From: Patescibacteria group bacterium
GTDB lineage: Bacteria > Patescibacteriota > Minisyncoccia > Phycocordibacterales > UBA918
Direction: 5' to 3'
Length of the DNA stretch: 64,000 bases
Assembly: GCA_019750255.1 (NCBI GenBank)
Contig: JAIEOU010000006.1
Coordinates: forward strand, 52,142 to 116,141
This document shows positions 45,456-54,491 of this stretch, one piece after another. The position numbers and the translations under genes were made by a program. A model generated the notes under the pieces. The model did not search any database. It worked only from the letters and a program-made list of their open reading frames with translations, and was not told the DNA's origin. The stretch's first letter is position 1. Each line of letters opens with the position of its first letter.

Positions 45456-46433
45456 TTAATCCCGCAAACGCTTTACCGCTGCGATATCGCCACACTGTGA
45501 TTCGGTTTGTGACTGATCTACTGACTCGGGTATCGCTGACGTCGCGAGGGTCATCGTCTCGTCGCTGCCACTCGCACTGCGAACCCCCTCTTTAGCGGCT
45601 TGGTAGGTTTCGCGGGCGCGCTCGAGCATGCGGTCGCGGTGTTCGTGGAGGCGCAGGATGGCGTCTTCACGGTCGTGTTTAAAATCGGCCATGGTCATCA
45701 TCTTGCTATAGAGCCACGGGAACACCCCACAGGCGTGGAAAGACGAGTCTTCCCCACTCGGCTGGCTACCGAGGATGCGGACCTGCTTCCCCTCTCGTAG
45801 GAGCGCTACGTCTTTAGGGAAAAGCTCGGAAATATTCACCTCCCACTGTGTACCCTCGGCGTCGACCACGATCGCGGTCGTGCCACTTGCGGTTTCTTCG
45901 CGCAGGGTGGCGAGGAGTCGCCCATCGTGTGGGTTTTGCCAAAAACGCTTCTCTTGCATGGCTTGCGAGACGTACATACCGGGCAGGTATTTGCCAAGGG
46001 CGTCATCAAACACAAAACTCATACCGAGGTAGTGGAAAAACAGTCCACCTACGAAGCTCGAGAGTACTGTAGCGCCGGCGATCGTGAGGAAAGAGTAGCG
46101 GTAGCCGCGCTTGGTATTACGGAAGTGGTAGAGCGCAAGGATTGCCGCCGCAGCGAAGACGAGGAGCCACAGGTACGGCAGGACATCGAGCATAAGCGCC
46201 AGGAAGCTGTCGTGCGTCGCCTCGAAAATTGCATACTGCCGATGCATAATGACAAAGAAGGAAATGGCCACCGCCACCGCTGCCACTAGGACGGTAATGA
46301 TCCAGGTCGTCCAGACTAAGAATTCCTTCCCTCGATAAAACCAGCGACCACGCGGGCAGATATTCTCGCACTCGATGCGGGAGAGGACGTCTTTTTTAAG
46401 GCCTGAGGCCGGCGGAGGAGTATCCAATTTCAT
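45456..46433 (-). CDS. Membrane protein co-transcribed with the ECF sigma factor; putative anti-sigma factor
   Basis: Its start lies 4 nt after the stop of the sigma gene. It has a Cys-containing N-terminal segment, several TM helices and a C-terminal soluble domain. Assignment rests on position and topology only. Confidence 0.45.
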   Translation of the reverse strand: MKLDTPPPASGLKKDVLSRIECENICPRGRWFYRGKEFLVWTTWIITVLVAAVAVAISFFVIMHRQYAIFEATHDSFLALMLDVLPYLWLLVFAAAAILALYHFRNTKRGYRYSFLTIAGATVLSSFVGGLFFHYLGMSFVFDDALGKYLPGMYVSQAMQEKRFWQNPHDGRLLATLREETASGTTAIVVDAEGTQWEVNISELFPKDVALLREGKQVRILGSQPSGEDSSFHACGVFPWLYSKMMTMADFKHDREDAILRLHEHRDRMLERARETYQAAKEGVRSASGSDETMTLATSAIPESVDQSQTESQCGDIAAVKRLRD

Positions 46434-46436
46434 ACC

Positions 46437-47027
46437 CTATATACGCACTGCGTCGTGATTTAATACAGTTAATAACTGCTTTTTACCCCGGTGAATCAGG
46501 GTACCCACCGATCCAATTGGAATCTGCAAAATGTCCGAAATTTCGTCGTACTCTTTGTGCTCAAAGAAACGCAGAATGAGTACCTCGCGGTACTTATCAT
46601 CAAGCTTGGCGAGTGCCGCCGTTACCTCTTCAGCATTGAGGCCCAGGTCAAAACGTACCTCCGGCGAGTCCTGAGTGCTTGCGATAAACTCGAGCACTTC
46701 ATCGCCATCACTGACCATATTACCCTCGGGCCGAACGCTGCGACGCCTAAACCACGTCATCGCCTCGTTATGGGCAATGCGGTATATCCACGAGGAAAAC
46801 GAGAGTGAGGTATCGAAACTGTTGAGATTGCGGTACGCCTTAATGAAAGTCTCTTGCAGTACGTCATCCTGGTCATCCGGGACCCGGAGGCCGAGGCGCA
46901 TGATGTACCGGCGCAGCTTGGTCTCGTACCGTTCAATGAGTACACCAAATTGCTCGCGGTCAGCGAGCGTAGCGCGTACGACATCGGTATCAGTACGAGA
47001 ATCAAGATCCGGGGTTAGGAGCTCCAT
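46437..47027 (-). CDS. RNA polymerase sigma-70 factor, ECF subfamily
   Basis: Region 2 is 'QETFIKAYRNLNSFDTSLSFSSWIYRIAHNE'. Region 4 is 'REVLILRFFEHKEYDEISDILQIPIGSVGTLIHRGKKQL'. Confidence 0.85.
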   Translation of the reverse strand: MELLTPDLDSRTDTDVVRATLADREQFGVLIERYETKLRRYIMRLGLRVPDDQDDVLQETFIKAYRNLNSFDTSLSFSSWIYRIAHNEAMTWFRRRSVRPEGNMVSDGDEVLEFIASTQDSPEVRFDLGLNAEEVTAALAKLDDKYREVLILRFFEHKEYDEISDILQIPIGSVGTLIHRGKKQLLTVLNHDAVRI

Positions 47028-47066
47028 AGGTATGACACCCCCAAAGGGCTGTAGTAGAATAGTGGC

Positions 47067-47609
47067 ATGAAAGCATACAAAATAAAAACCCTTATCGGTG
47101 CACTCGCCCTTAGCCTCTGTATTCCCATCGTTCCCGCACAGGCGTATGAGGTAAAGGACGTGCAGGCCACCCGCCTCACAAGCGAGTACAGCCTCTTTAC
47201 CATCACCTACGAATTTGGGTTTTTAAACCGTGAAGTACTCATTCCGCTTGATGCGATGCGCGGTGGCAGTCGCCGCGATAAGAGCGTTGGCTTTGCCCTT
47301 ATGGGCGAAAACGGGACCACCAGCCTGCATACGGCTCTTGGCGTGGTGCTCAGTGACGTTGAACTGCGCGGCCGTGACTATTACCTCCCGAAGGGCAAGA
47401 ATGGTGACTTCACCCTCGTCGCGATTGTGAAGACTGCGGACGTAAGTGCCCTTGGCCTTGCCATCACCCGGCTTCCCTTTGTACTCATTGATGGCCAAGT
47501 AAGCGTTGGGGCTAGTATCGCCGCAGATAACCTCGGACCATACAAAACACCACTCCTCCCTGCCCTCACCGCTTCTTCACCCGCTCCCTACACACCGGTA
47601 GGCAAGTAA
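47067..47609 (+). CDS. Secreted hypothetical protein, divergently transcribed from the ECF sigma operon
   Basis: 180-aa ORF with signal peptide 'MKAYKIKTLIGALALSLCIPIVPAQA'. A strong terminator follows. Confidence 0.6.
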   Translation: MKAYKIKTLIGALALSLCIPIVPAQAYEVKDVQATRLTSEYSLFTITYEFGFLNREVLIPLDAMRGGSRRDKSVGFALMGENGTTSLHTALGVVLSDVELRGRDYYLPKGKNGDFTLVAIVKTADVSALGLAITRLPFVLIDGQVSVGASIAADNLGPYKTPLLPALTASSPAPYTPVGK

Positions 47610-47629
47610 TTAAAAAAAATACACAGACC

Positions 47630-47658
47630 GGGCCCGGCACGCGTAGCGTGTCGGGCCC
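47630..47658 (+). terminator. Intrinsic terminator (gggcccggcacgc-gta-gcgtgtcgggccc + tttgtgt)
   Basis: 13-bp stem with one G-U pair, followed by a T-tract, immediately after the 47609 stop. Confidence 0.7.
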
Positions 47659-47686
47659 TTTGTGTACCAGCCACCGCCACCGAGTC

Positions 47687-48049
47687 TCACATCAGCGGTG
47701 GCGGGAAAAAGCAGTAGATAGTTGGCGGTACACCGTTGTTTCGGAATAGCAGTGTGATTCCAGGAAACGGAGTCGGGTCTTGCGGGTTGTGCCGCATCAT
47801 TCGACCTGCAGGAACCCGGTGCCATTCATTGTTGTACCGGATCTCATAATGGCCATTATTCATTCGCCACTCAGGATCTTGCAGAACGAAGAAGTCATAC
47901 GGTGCACAGCACTTCATACCGTCCACGGCATACTGTCGCATCATCCACTCGGCCTCCGCGGGTGTGTACTGTGGACCATGTGCACCCGCGGGAGTGCTTT
48001 TTACAGCCAGCGCTGCCACCATCATCGGCAAGAAAGAACGTCTCTGCAT
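47687..48049 (-). CDS. Small secreted hypothetical protein
   Basis: 120-aa ORF with signal peptide 'MQRRSFLPMMVAALAVKSTPAGA'. It is Trp/His-rich and has no recognisable family. Confidence 0.45.
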   Translation of the reverse strand: MQRRSFLPMMVAALAVKSTPAGAHGPQYTPAEAEWMMRQYAVDGMKCCAPYDFFVLQDPEWRMNNGHYEIRYNNEWHRVPAGRMMRHNPQDPTPFPGITLLFRNNGVPPTIYCFFPPPLM

Positions 48050-48213
48050 CTGATTAGCCTCCGGGTTGTTTTATACCGTGCGCGAATCCTCTTCGACGTG
48101 CAGAACATTTACCCCCTCCACAATATCTTCCCAACTTTCAGGTGTCAAAGAAATCCTTGCTTCAGCTGCACACTCTTGCAAAATTAGCTATTTTATGCTC
48201 TAATTACGGCTCT

Positions 48214-48927
48214 ATGGAGTTCCCAATTCGCCTCAACAAATACCTCGCCGATACTGGCGTAGCGTCACGCCGCGAAGCCGACACCCTCATTGAAGCCGGC
48301 AAGGTGCTGATTAATGGTAAAAAGGCAGCGCTTGGTACCAAGGTACAAGACGGTGACGAGGTTACCCTCGCCGGCCAAACCAAAGACAAGGTCTACCTCG
48401 CCTACTACAAAGGCCGTGGTGTGATTGCCCACTCTCCGGCCGAAGGAGAGGTTGATATCGCGACCCGCCTTAAGAAGGACTTTGGCCTCACCGGACTCTC
48501 ACCAGTCGGTCGCCTCGATAAGGACTCTGAAGGTCTCCTTATTATCACGAACGACGGCCGCATCACTGCCCCACTGCTCGATTCAAAGAATAAACTCGAA
48601 AAAGAGTATGAGGTGCAGGTAGATAAGCGAGTCACCACGGTGTTTGTAAAGGCTATGGCCGGCGGTGTCCAAATCGAACGCTATTATACGAAGCCGGCGG
48701 TGTGCGTACCTAGTACCAAAAACGACAAGAAGTTTAACCTCACCTTGACTGAAGGCAAGAAACACCAAATTCGGCGCATGTGCGCGGCCCTCGGCTACCA
48801 GGTACAATCACTCAAGCGCGTACGCATCGGTCCAATTGCTGTCGGAGCCCTAAAACCGAACCAGTATCGCAAGATTATTGGTCACGAGCTCAAGACCTTT
48901 CTCGCTACCCTCGACGTCTCGGCCTAG
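48214..48927 (+). CDS. rsuA: Pseudouridine synthase, RsuA/RluB family (S4 RNA-binding domain + catalytic domain)
   Basis: 'IRLNKYLADTGVASRREADTLIEAGKVLINGK' is an S4 domain. 'GRLDKDSEGLLIITNDG' carries the catalytic Asp motif, and 'KHQIRRMCAALG' is present. The start is at ATG 48214 (the ORF track gives an upstream Met at 48142). Confidence 0.85.
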   Translation: MEFPIRLNKYLADTGVASRREADTLIEAGKVLINGKKAALGTKVQDGDEVTLAGQTKDKVYLAYYKGRGVIAHSPAEGEVDIATRLKKDFGLTGLSPVGRLDKDSEGLLIITNDGRITAPLLDSKNKLEKEYEVQVDKRVTTVFVKAMAGGVQIERYYTKPAVCVPSTKNDKKFNLTLTEGKKHQIRRMCAALGYQVQSLKRVRIGPIAVGALKPNQYRKIIGHELKTFLATLDVSA

Positions 48928-49002
48928 TTACGAGGCCTTGAGCGCTTGTAAAATACTTCAGTTGTTGTATAGTTTTGGCTGCTTTAACAGAAAGGTTCTT
49001 CG

Positions 49003-49380
49003 ATGCCCAGCAAAGCTGACGTCACCATCATGGCTCAGGGTGTGCCGGAACTTGTTGCAAAGGTTCGAGATGCACAGAGCAAATTCGCCGAACTGGTGTG
49101 CCCTCCCCACTATCTGCCGATACTGTCGGTAGAGTTTCAGGACAGCCTGCCCGGATCCTTGCCTCTATACCGCCGAAACGAAAAACTCCCAGAACTGACC
49201 ATCGTCATCGGTGTTTCTGACGGGCTACGGCAAAGGCGCCACATCGAGCTGCCGGCCAGTCGAGTGTTGCGGCAGATTCAAGTGCTCTTGGGCATCATCC
49301 CCGGAGACTACTCCATCGTCGTATTTACAGACGATCACATCTGCCGCAAGTGCAGCCAGCCCAAGCGATTGGCCGCCTAA
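49003..49380 (+). CDS. Hypothetical protein
   Basis: 125-aa ORF with no recognised motifs. Two terminator hairpins follow. Confidence 0.4.
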   Translation: MPSKADVTIMAQGVPELVAKVRDAQSKFAELVCPPHYLPILSVEFQDSLPGSLPLYRRNEKLPELTIVIGVSDGLRQRRHIELPASRVLRQIQVLLGIIPGDYSIVVFTDDHICRKCSQPKRLAA

Positions 49381-49411
49381 TCTCCGGGGCACAGCACAGC
49401 TATCAAATCAC

Positions 49412-49485
49412 CGCCGGCCACATCCGTGGCCGGCGCTTTTTCTGTCCAAAAACAGCGTGGACCCGGAGGGGTCCACGCTGTTTTC
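49412..49485. terminator. Two tandem intrinsic terminators between convergent genes (cgccggccac-atcc-gtggccggcg + ctttttc; aaaaacagcgtggaccc-ggag-gggtccacgctgttttc)
   Basis: Two perfect GC-rich hairpins, the second flanked by A- and T-tracts (bidirectional). They lie downstream of both the 49003 ORF and typA. Confidence 0.75.
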
Positions 49486-49500
49486 TGTAAAACTTCAAAT

Positions 49501-51285
49501 CTACTTTTTCTTTCGATCAGTCTCCCTGAGATACTGCTTGCGCAAACGCACACTCTGCGGGGTGACCTCGAGATATTCATCGTCAGCCATAATTTCAAGG
49601 CCTACTTCGATTGAAAGTGACCGTGGTGGCACGAGGTTGATCGCATCGTCAGAACCAGAGGCGCGCATGTTGGTGAGCTGCTTTCCCTTCGTTGGATTGA
49701 CCGTCATTTCCTCACCTTTACTCGTGTTTCCCACCACCATACCTTCGTACACTTCAGTACCAGGCGTGATGTAGAGCTGGCCACGGTCCTGGAGACCATA
49801 GAGCGCAAAACCAAGCGCCTTGCCTTGTACCATTGAAATCATTGAACCAACCTGGCGCTTCTTGATTTCACCCGCGTATGGACGGAAACCTAGCACGCGT
49901 GAGGCAAGGATACCTTCACCCTTGGTATCAACCACAAACTGGTTCTTGTAGCCGAGGAGACCGCGAGTTGGTCCTTCGAAAATGAGACGTACCTGATTTT
50001 CGTGAGTAATCATGTTTACCATCACAAAGCCGCGGTTACCGAGGCGTTCAATCACAGGACCCTGGAATTCAGACGGAATGTCAGCCGTTACTTCTTCAAA
50101 CGGTTCGAGCTTGTGTCCATTCTCTTCCTTAATAATTACGCGAGGCTGTGATACCGCAAGTTCGTAGCCTTCACGACGCATGTTTTCAAGGAGAATCGAA
50201 ATATGCATTTCGCCACGACCACGGACTTCAAAGGTATCGCCAGACTCAAAATCAACCTGGAGACCTACGTTTACCTCAAGTTCCTTTTCGAGACGATCCT
50301 TAATCTGGCGTGAGGTGACAAACTTGCCTTCTCGACCAGCAAACGGTGATGAGTTTGGCATGAACTCGAGTGCAATTGTTGGTTCATCAACCTTGATCGA
50401 CGGGAGAGGTTCGGTGGCTTCGCTGTCGGTGAGCGTGTCACCAATATTGATATCAGGGAAGCCAGCAATCATCACAATGTCGCCCGCAAATACTTCAGCG
50501 GCTTCAAGCTTAGACACGCCCTTAAAGGTCGACATCTTCACGACCTTGCCTTTCTTTACCGTGTCCTCGCCTTCGTGCTTCACAAAGAGCGCCTGGTTAC
50601 TCTTTACCGAGCCTTCACAGACGCGGGCTACCGCGAGACGACCGAGAAAGTTGTCGTAGCCAAGGTTAAATACCTGGGCACGGAGCGATTCCCCTGCCAC
50701 ATACGGTCGTGCCGCTGGCACCATCTCGAGCACCACATCAAGCAGCGGTGAGAGATCTACCATTTCGTCACCGAGATTGCGCTTCGCCTTCCCTTCACGC
50801 CCAATGGCATAAACAGTGGTGAAATCGCATTGCTCCTCATTGGCACCGAGCTCAATAAAGAGTTCAAGTACCTGCTCTTCAGTCCGAGGAATGTCAGCCG
50901 CTGGCTTATCAATCTTGTTTACCACCACAATTGGCTTTAGACCAAGCTCGAGTGACTTCTTGAGCACAAAGCGAGTCTGTGGCATGGGGCCTTCCTGCGC
51001 GTCTACAATGAGGAGCACCGAGTCAATAGAGCGAAGTACACGCTCCACTTCAGACCCGAAGTCGGCGTGGCCCGGGGTATCAACAATGTTGATTTTCGTA
51101 CCCTTGTAGTCAATTGAAGTATTCTTGGCGTAAATGGTAATACCACGCTCTTGTTCAAGCGCGTTACTATCCATTGAGGCGTCTCCCTCGCGGGCGCCTG
51201 TCTGGTCCATGAGCGCGTCGGTCAAGGTGGTCTTGCCGTGGTCCACGTGCGCGATAATGGCGATATTACGAATCTCCTGTGACAT
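49501..51285 (-). CDS. typA: Translational GTPase TypA/BipA
   Basis: 594-aa ORF. 'IRNIAIIAHVDHGKTTLTDAL' is the G1 motif, followed by 'DTPGHADF' and 'NKIDKP'. An EF-G-like domain architecture follows. Confidence 0.95.
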   Translation of the reverse strand: MSQEIRNIAIIAHVDHGKTTLTDALMDQTGAREGDASMDSNALEQERGITIYAKNTSIDYKGTKINIVDTPGHADFGSEVERVLRSIDSVLLIVDAQEGPMPQTRFVLKKSLELGLKPIVVVNKIDKPAADIPRTEEQVLELFIELGANEEQCDFTTVYAIGREGKAKRNLGDEMVDLSPLLDVVLEMVPAARPYVAGESLRAQVFNLGYDNFLGRLAVARVCEGSVKSNQALFVKHEGEDTVKKGKVVKMSTFKGVSKLEAAEVFAGDIVMIAGFPDINIGDTLTDSEATEPLPSIKVDEPTIALEFMPNSSPFAGREGKFVTSRQIKDRLEKELEVNVGLQVDFESGDTFEVRGRGEMHISILLENMRREGYELAVSQPRVIIKEENGHKLEPFEEVTADIPSEFQGPVIERLGNRGFVMVNMITHENQVRLIFEGPTRGLLGYKNQFVVDTKGEGILASRVLGFRPYAGEIKKRQVGSMISMVQGKALGFALYGLQDRGQLYITPGTEVYEGMVVGNTSKGEEMTVNPTKGKQLTNMRASGSDDAINLVPPRSLSIEVGLEIMADDEYLEVTPQSVRLRKQYLRETDRKKK

Positions 51286-51520
51286 ATTCTTGGGCTAAAT
51301 CAACGATTATTAAATGCTCCCTATAAAGAGAAAGGCGCGCCCATAGGTTTAGCTTGGGAGCGCGCCCATAACGTGGAGTAGAATACCGTTATTTGTAGGG
51401 TTTGTCTAGTGCTCGAGACCAACAGTCTGTTTGTTGACACCTCTTTAGACTACAGTATAATATAAAAAACTACAGGAAAGCGCACTTCGTATGACTTCGT
51501 GTCTACGCGGTGCGTTTTCA

Positions 51521-51996
51521 TTAGTCTCCACCAATTTTCTTATCAAGATTACTCATGTAGTTAATCTTCTCCTTAGCTTCAGCCTTTAGCAACTTAGAAC
51601 ACGTATTGGAATATGGACTAAGTACCATTTCCAATTTCCCTTCGCTATATAGGTGTCTTACTAGAGAATAAAAATCACCATCACTAGTGACAATAACGGC
51701 CTTATCATAATTATCTTTTTCAGGCAAAGCCACAGCACCAAATCTGCATCACAATTTCCTTTTGCTTTTCCTCCAGAATCAAAAATTATTGGCTTAAACA
51801 CTAAAACATAGCCTGCATTTTGTAGGGCCGTGAACAGTTCTTGATTAGTATCTAAAAATCCTATAAATAAATAGGCGATATTGACAGAATACTTATCTTT
51901 TAGGTAGACCCTAAACTTTTTCCAGTCCAGTCTCCAACCCAATGATTTGATACCCAGATGAAGGTTTTGTGCATCAATAAACGCAACGTTGTTCAT
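51521..51996 (-). pseudogene. NYN (LabA-like, PF01936) domain protein gene disrupted by a -1 frameshift (split into 51661..51996 and 51521..51733)
   Basis: The N-terminal half has 'VAFIDAQNLHLGIKSLGWRLDWKKFRVYLKDKY...GNCDADLVL'. The C-terminal half 'ALPEKDNYDKAVIVTSDGDFYSLVRHLYSEGKLEMVLSP' continues in another frame. The junction at ctg|tgg/gtggctttgcct (~51725-51735) is consistent with a 1-nt deletion. Confidence 0.6.
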
Positions 51997-52067
51997 ATTA
52001 AAAGTGTACCGCGGTACTCACTCACGCCTGTTCGAAACCAAAATATAATCATCAATATTTTAACCAC

Positions 52068-52325
52068 CTACCCAGAAATTAGCGACTCCTTAGCCGTCCG
52101 CGGCAGCTTCTTCAGCGCCGCCTCACGCTTAAGAGCCGCGCTCCGGTCAGCCGCCTCTTCAGTATAGGCCAGGGATACCGGTTGGCGACCGCGCGTGTAG
52201 CGGGCCGCGAGGCCGGTACCGTTGTGTTCTTGCAGGCGCCGCTCCAAATCGGTGGTAACGCCGGTATAGAGCGTTCCGTCAACACAGCGCACAATATAAA
52301 CCCACCAGATGACAGGCTCTATCAT
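52068..52325 (-). CDS. GIY-YIG nuclease superfamily small protein (UPF0213/YhbQ-like)
   Basis: 'WVYIVRCVDGTLYTGVTTDLERRLQEHN' and 'ARYTRGRQPVSLAYTE' match the GIY-YIG/UPF0213 pattern. Length is 85 aa. Confidence 0.7.
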   Translation of the reverse strand: MIEPVIWWVYIVRCVDGTLYTGVTTDLERRLQEHNGTGLAARYTRGRQPVSLAYTEEAADRSAALKREAALKKLPRTAKESLISG

Positions 52326-52406
52326 AGCGAAAATTGATACGTACCACCAAAGGCCCGATAGGCAAAATACGCAAACACGGCGGCAGCGAGAGCTATAACT
52401 AAAAAT

Positions 52407-53072
52407 TTAACCATGCGTTAGATTAGCAACATGCTGCTGCCTACGACTCCACCATGGTCGACCGTACCGCCATCCGAGCCACAAGCCAGCCAGCACAAAC
52501 AGGTGGGCGAGAACAAAATAGGAAGTCATTAGTGAAAAAATGGAGCGACCAAGGAAGTCATTAACGGCCAGAAGTCGCTTCCAGGTAGCCACATACCCAC
52601 TTGCCCGCTCTCTATCCCCCACCGTCAATCGGTACTTTCCTTGATTAACGGGACTACTCACCTCAATACGGTACGTGCCAGCCGCCAACTCGGCTTGATA
52701 AGGCTCGCCTCCCCACCACGATACCCCGAGCAGACGGTCACTACGCTCGATCCAGACAGTATCACGTGCAGCCTGCCGCACCACCTTCTCCACCCGACCA
52801 TCTTCAAGCACTCGCACAACGAGCAACGAAAGCGGTGCAGGTTCAGTACCGAGCGGCTGCTCCAGATGTGCCGAGAGGGTAAACGTTTCAGGCGAGACGA
52901 GTTCATACATTACAGGATCTTCGATGAGCTCTCCGTAGTACTCACGCTCTGTGGTCGGGTCGCTGCCGAGCGACAATACTTCGTACTGTACTTGTGGCTT
53001 GAGGAAGAAATACTCAGCGGCCATTGCCGGAAATGCTAACAAAGAAAGTAGGCCGAGCACAATAAACTTCAT
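52407..53072 (-). CDS. Secreted hypothetical protein with a C-terminal TM anchor
   Basis: 221-aa ORF. The signal peptide is 'MKFIVLGLLSLLAFPAMA' and the C-terminal helix is 'FSLMTSYFVLAHLFVLAGLWLGW'. Confidence 0.55.
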   Translation of the reverse strand: MKFIVLGLLSLLAFPAMAAEYFFLKPQVQYEVLSLGSDPTTEREYYGELIEDPVMYELVSPETFTLSAHLEQPLGTEPAPLSLLVVRVLEDGRVEKVVRQAARDTVWIERSDRLLGVSWWGGEPYQAELAAGTYRIEVSSPVNQGKYRLTVGDRERASGYVATWKRLLAVNDFLGRSIFSLMTSYFVLAHLFVLAGLWLGWRYGRPWWSRRQQHVANLTHG

Positions 53073-53166
53073 GATGCCCTAGTATAGCAAAATACCACCG
53101 AGCCCAAGAGGCCGGTGGTGTTTTGTAATTAGTGTTCTGTTCCCCTCGCGCAATAGAGCTCAGCAA

Positions 53167-53829
53167 CTACCGACCCCACCCATCGTTTTCGCCAGCTTCG
53201 TCTAGTATCGCGCGGACAGTTTCGCGATCGTTAGCTTGGCGAGCACTGCGGAGCGCATCGTGCTGGTCGTCATTAAGCGCACCATGCCGCGACACAGCAT
53301 GACTGTGGCCCGAACCCTTCCCGTGGTGGCCATTCTTGTGTTCACCACGGCCCGGAAGTCCTAAATTCTCAAAAATTTCTTGTGCCTCGGTGTGAGCTCC
53401 TGATCGTTTGAGTTCGTGCGCTTCGGCAAATAGTTCAAAATCAGCCTCGGTGGTGATGATATCCGCGAGTGGCGTATCCTTAATAGCCTGCGTAAAGGCG
53501 GCATAATCACCATCCTTGAGCGCCTGATGCATCGCGAGACGGGCGACATGCGCGGCTTTGCGCACCGCTGCCAGGGCTTCTTCATCAATGCCGGCTTGCA
53601 CTAATACATCACGAGCTTTTTCAACTTCACCTTCAATCCGGAGGGTACGAGCTTCTTGAAAGGCAGAGACTTGCTCAGTCGTTAATCCGGCGCGTAGTAG
53701 TACATCACTTCCAACGAAGGCTTGTGCCCCTGTTGCGGTTACCGCAAACGCGGCGATCGCGATGAGGAGCGATTTTGATGATTGCATACATACAAAGGTT
53801 ATGAACAATAAGAGCGGTAGCGTAACCAA
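53167..53829 (-). CDS. Secreted hypothetical protein, helical, with a His/Gly-rich segment
   Basis: The signal peptide follows an internal Met ('MQSSKSLLIAIAAFAVTATGAQA'). 'GHHGKGSGHSHAVSRHG' may bind metal. No family could be assigned. Confidence 0.5.
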   Translation of the reverse strand: MVTLPLLLFITFVCMQSSKSLLIAIAAFAVTATGAQAFVGSDVLLRAGLTTEQVSAFQEARTLRIEGEVEKARDVLVQAGIDEEALAAVRKAAHVARLAMHQALKDGDYAAFTQAIKDTPLADIITTEADFELFAEAHELKRSGAHTEAQEIFENLGLPGRGEHKNGHHGKGSGHSHAVSRHGALNDDQHDALRSARQANDRETVRAILDEAGENDGWGR

Positions 53830-53880
53830 TCAGAACCGCTCTCAATTACTACGCCACCCTTGTGTGGTTCTTTCGTACCC

Positions 53881-54387
53881 CTACAGTCCAACACTAGATA
53901 GAAGCCTCTGCAAGAGGTCTTGGGCCGCAGCATCGTTAGCCAAAGCCGTATCACAACTATCAAGTTCAAACTGCTCTTCGCCCACGGCAATTCTAAATCT
54001 ATATTCGATACCATCAGTATACGTTTCGCACATTTCAGGAGTGATGCTTTGCTCTAGCGCCGACAGGTAGTCGACAGTGAAAGTGTCGCGCAGTTCCCTT
54101 AAGAGTGGAGCAGAAATCTCTCCCTCTTCCTTTATTCGCGCTTCCCGGTCACCCGCCGCCGGAAAACTAGCATAGGTACCGTCAGTTGCGAGCTGGAAGC
54201 TGGCACAGAGCCCACCGCGCTCGCAGCCGCCGTACGCCCCACCAACTATGACGAGCGCGTCGGTGTCTTTAGTGAGTTCGCCGAAGAATGAAAATTGCTG
54301 AGAAAATCCATACAAATAGAGATATGAACCAACACACACTCCGACCACAAAGGTAATGAGGATGCTGACAATATCTTGGCGACGCAT
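53881..54387 (-). CDS. Membrane-anchored hypothetical protein
   Basis: 168-aa ORF. The N-terminal TM is 'IVSILITFVVGVCVGSYLYLY' and several Cys residues are present. Confidence 0.5.
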   Translation of the reverse strand: MRRQDIVSILITFVVGVCVGSYLYLYGFSQQFSFFGELTKDTDALVIVGGAYGGCERGGLCASFQLATDGTYASFPAAGDREARIKEEGEISAPLLRELRDTFTVDYLSALEQSITPEMCETYTDGIEYRFRIAVGEEQFELDSCDTALANDAAAQDLLQRLLSSVGL

Positions 54388-54491
54388 AGTTTTATTATAG
54401 CACCGACGCCGTTAGCGCTTTTATCTTGCTCACGTGTTCAATTGTCGATTACTCACTGACTTCTGTGACCTGCCCTCTTCGGGGCGTGGGG

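Noticed and set aside
50180-51109. Plus-strand ORFs (159 aa, 97 aa) inside typA
   Set aside because: They are antisense to a highly conserved GTPase and have no motifs.
52641-53039. 132-aa plus-strand ORF
   Set aside because: It lies entirely within, and antisense to, the 52407..53072 secreted-protein gene.
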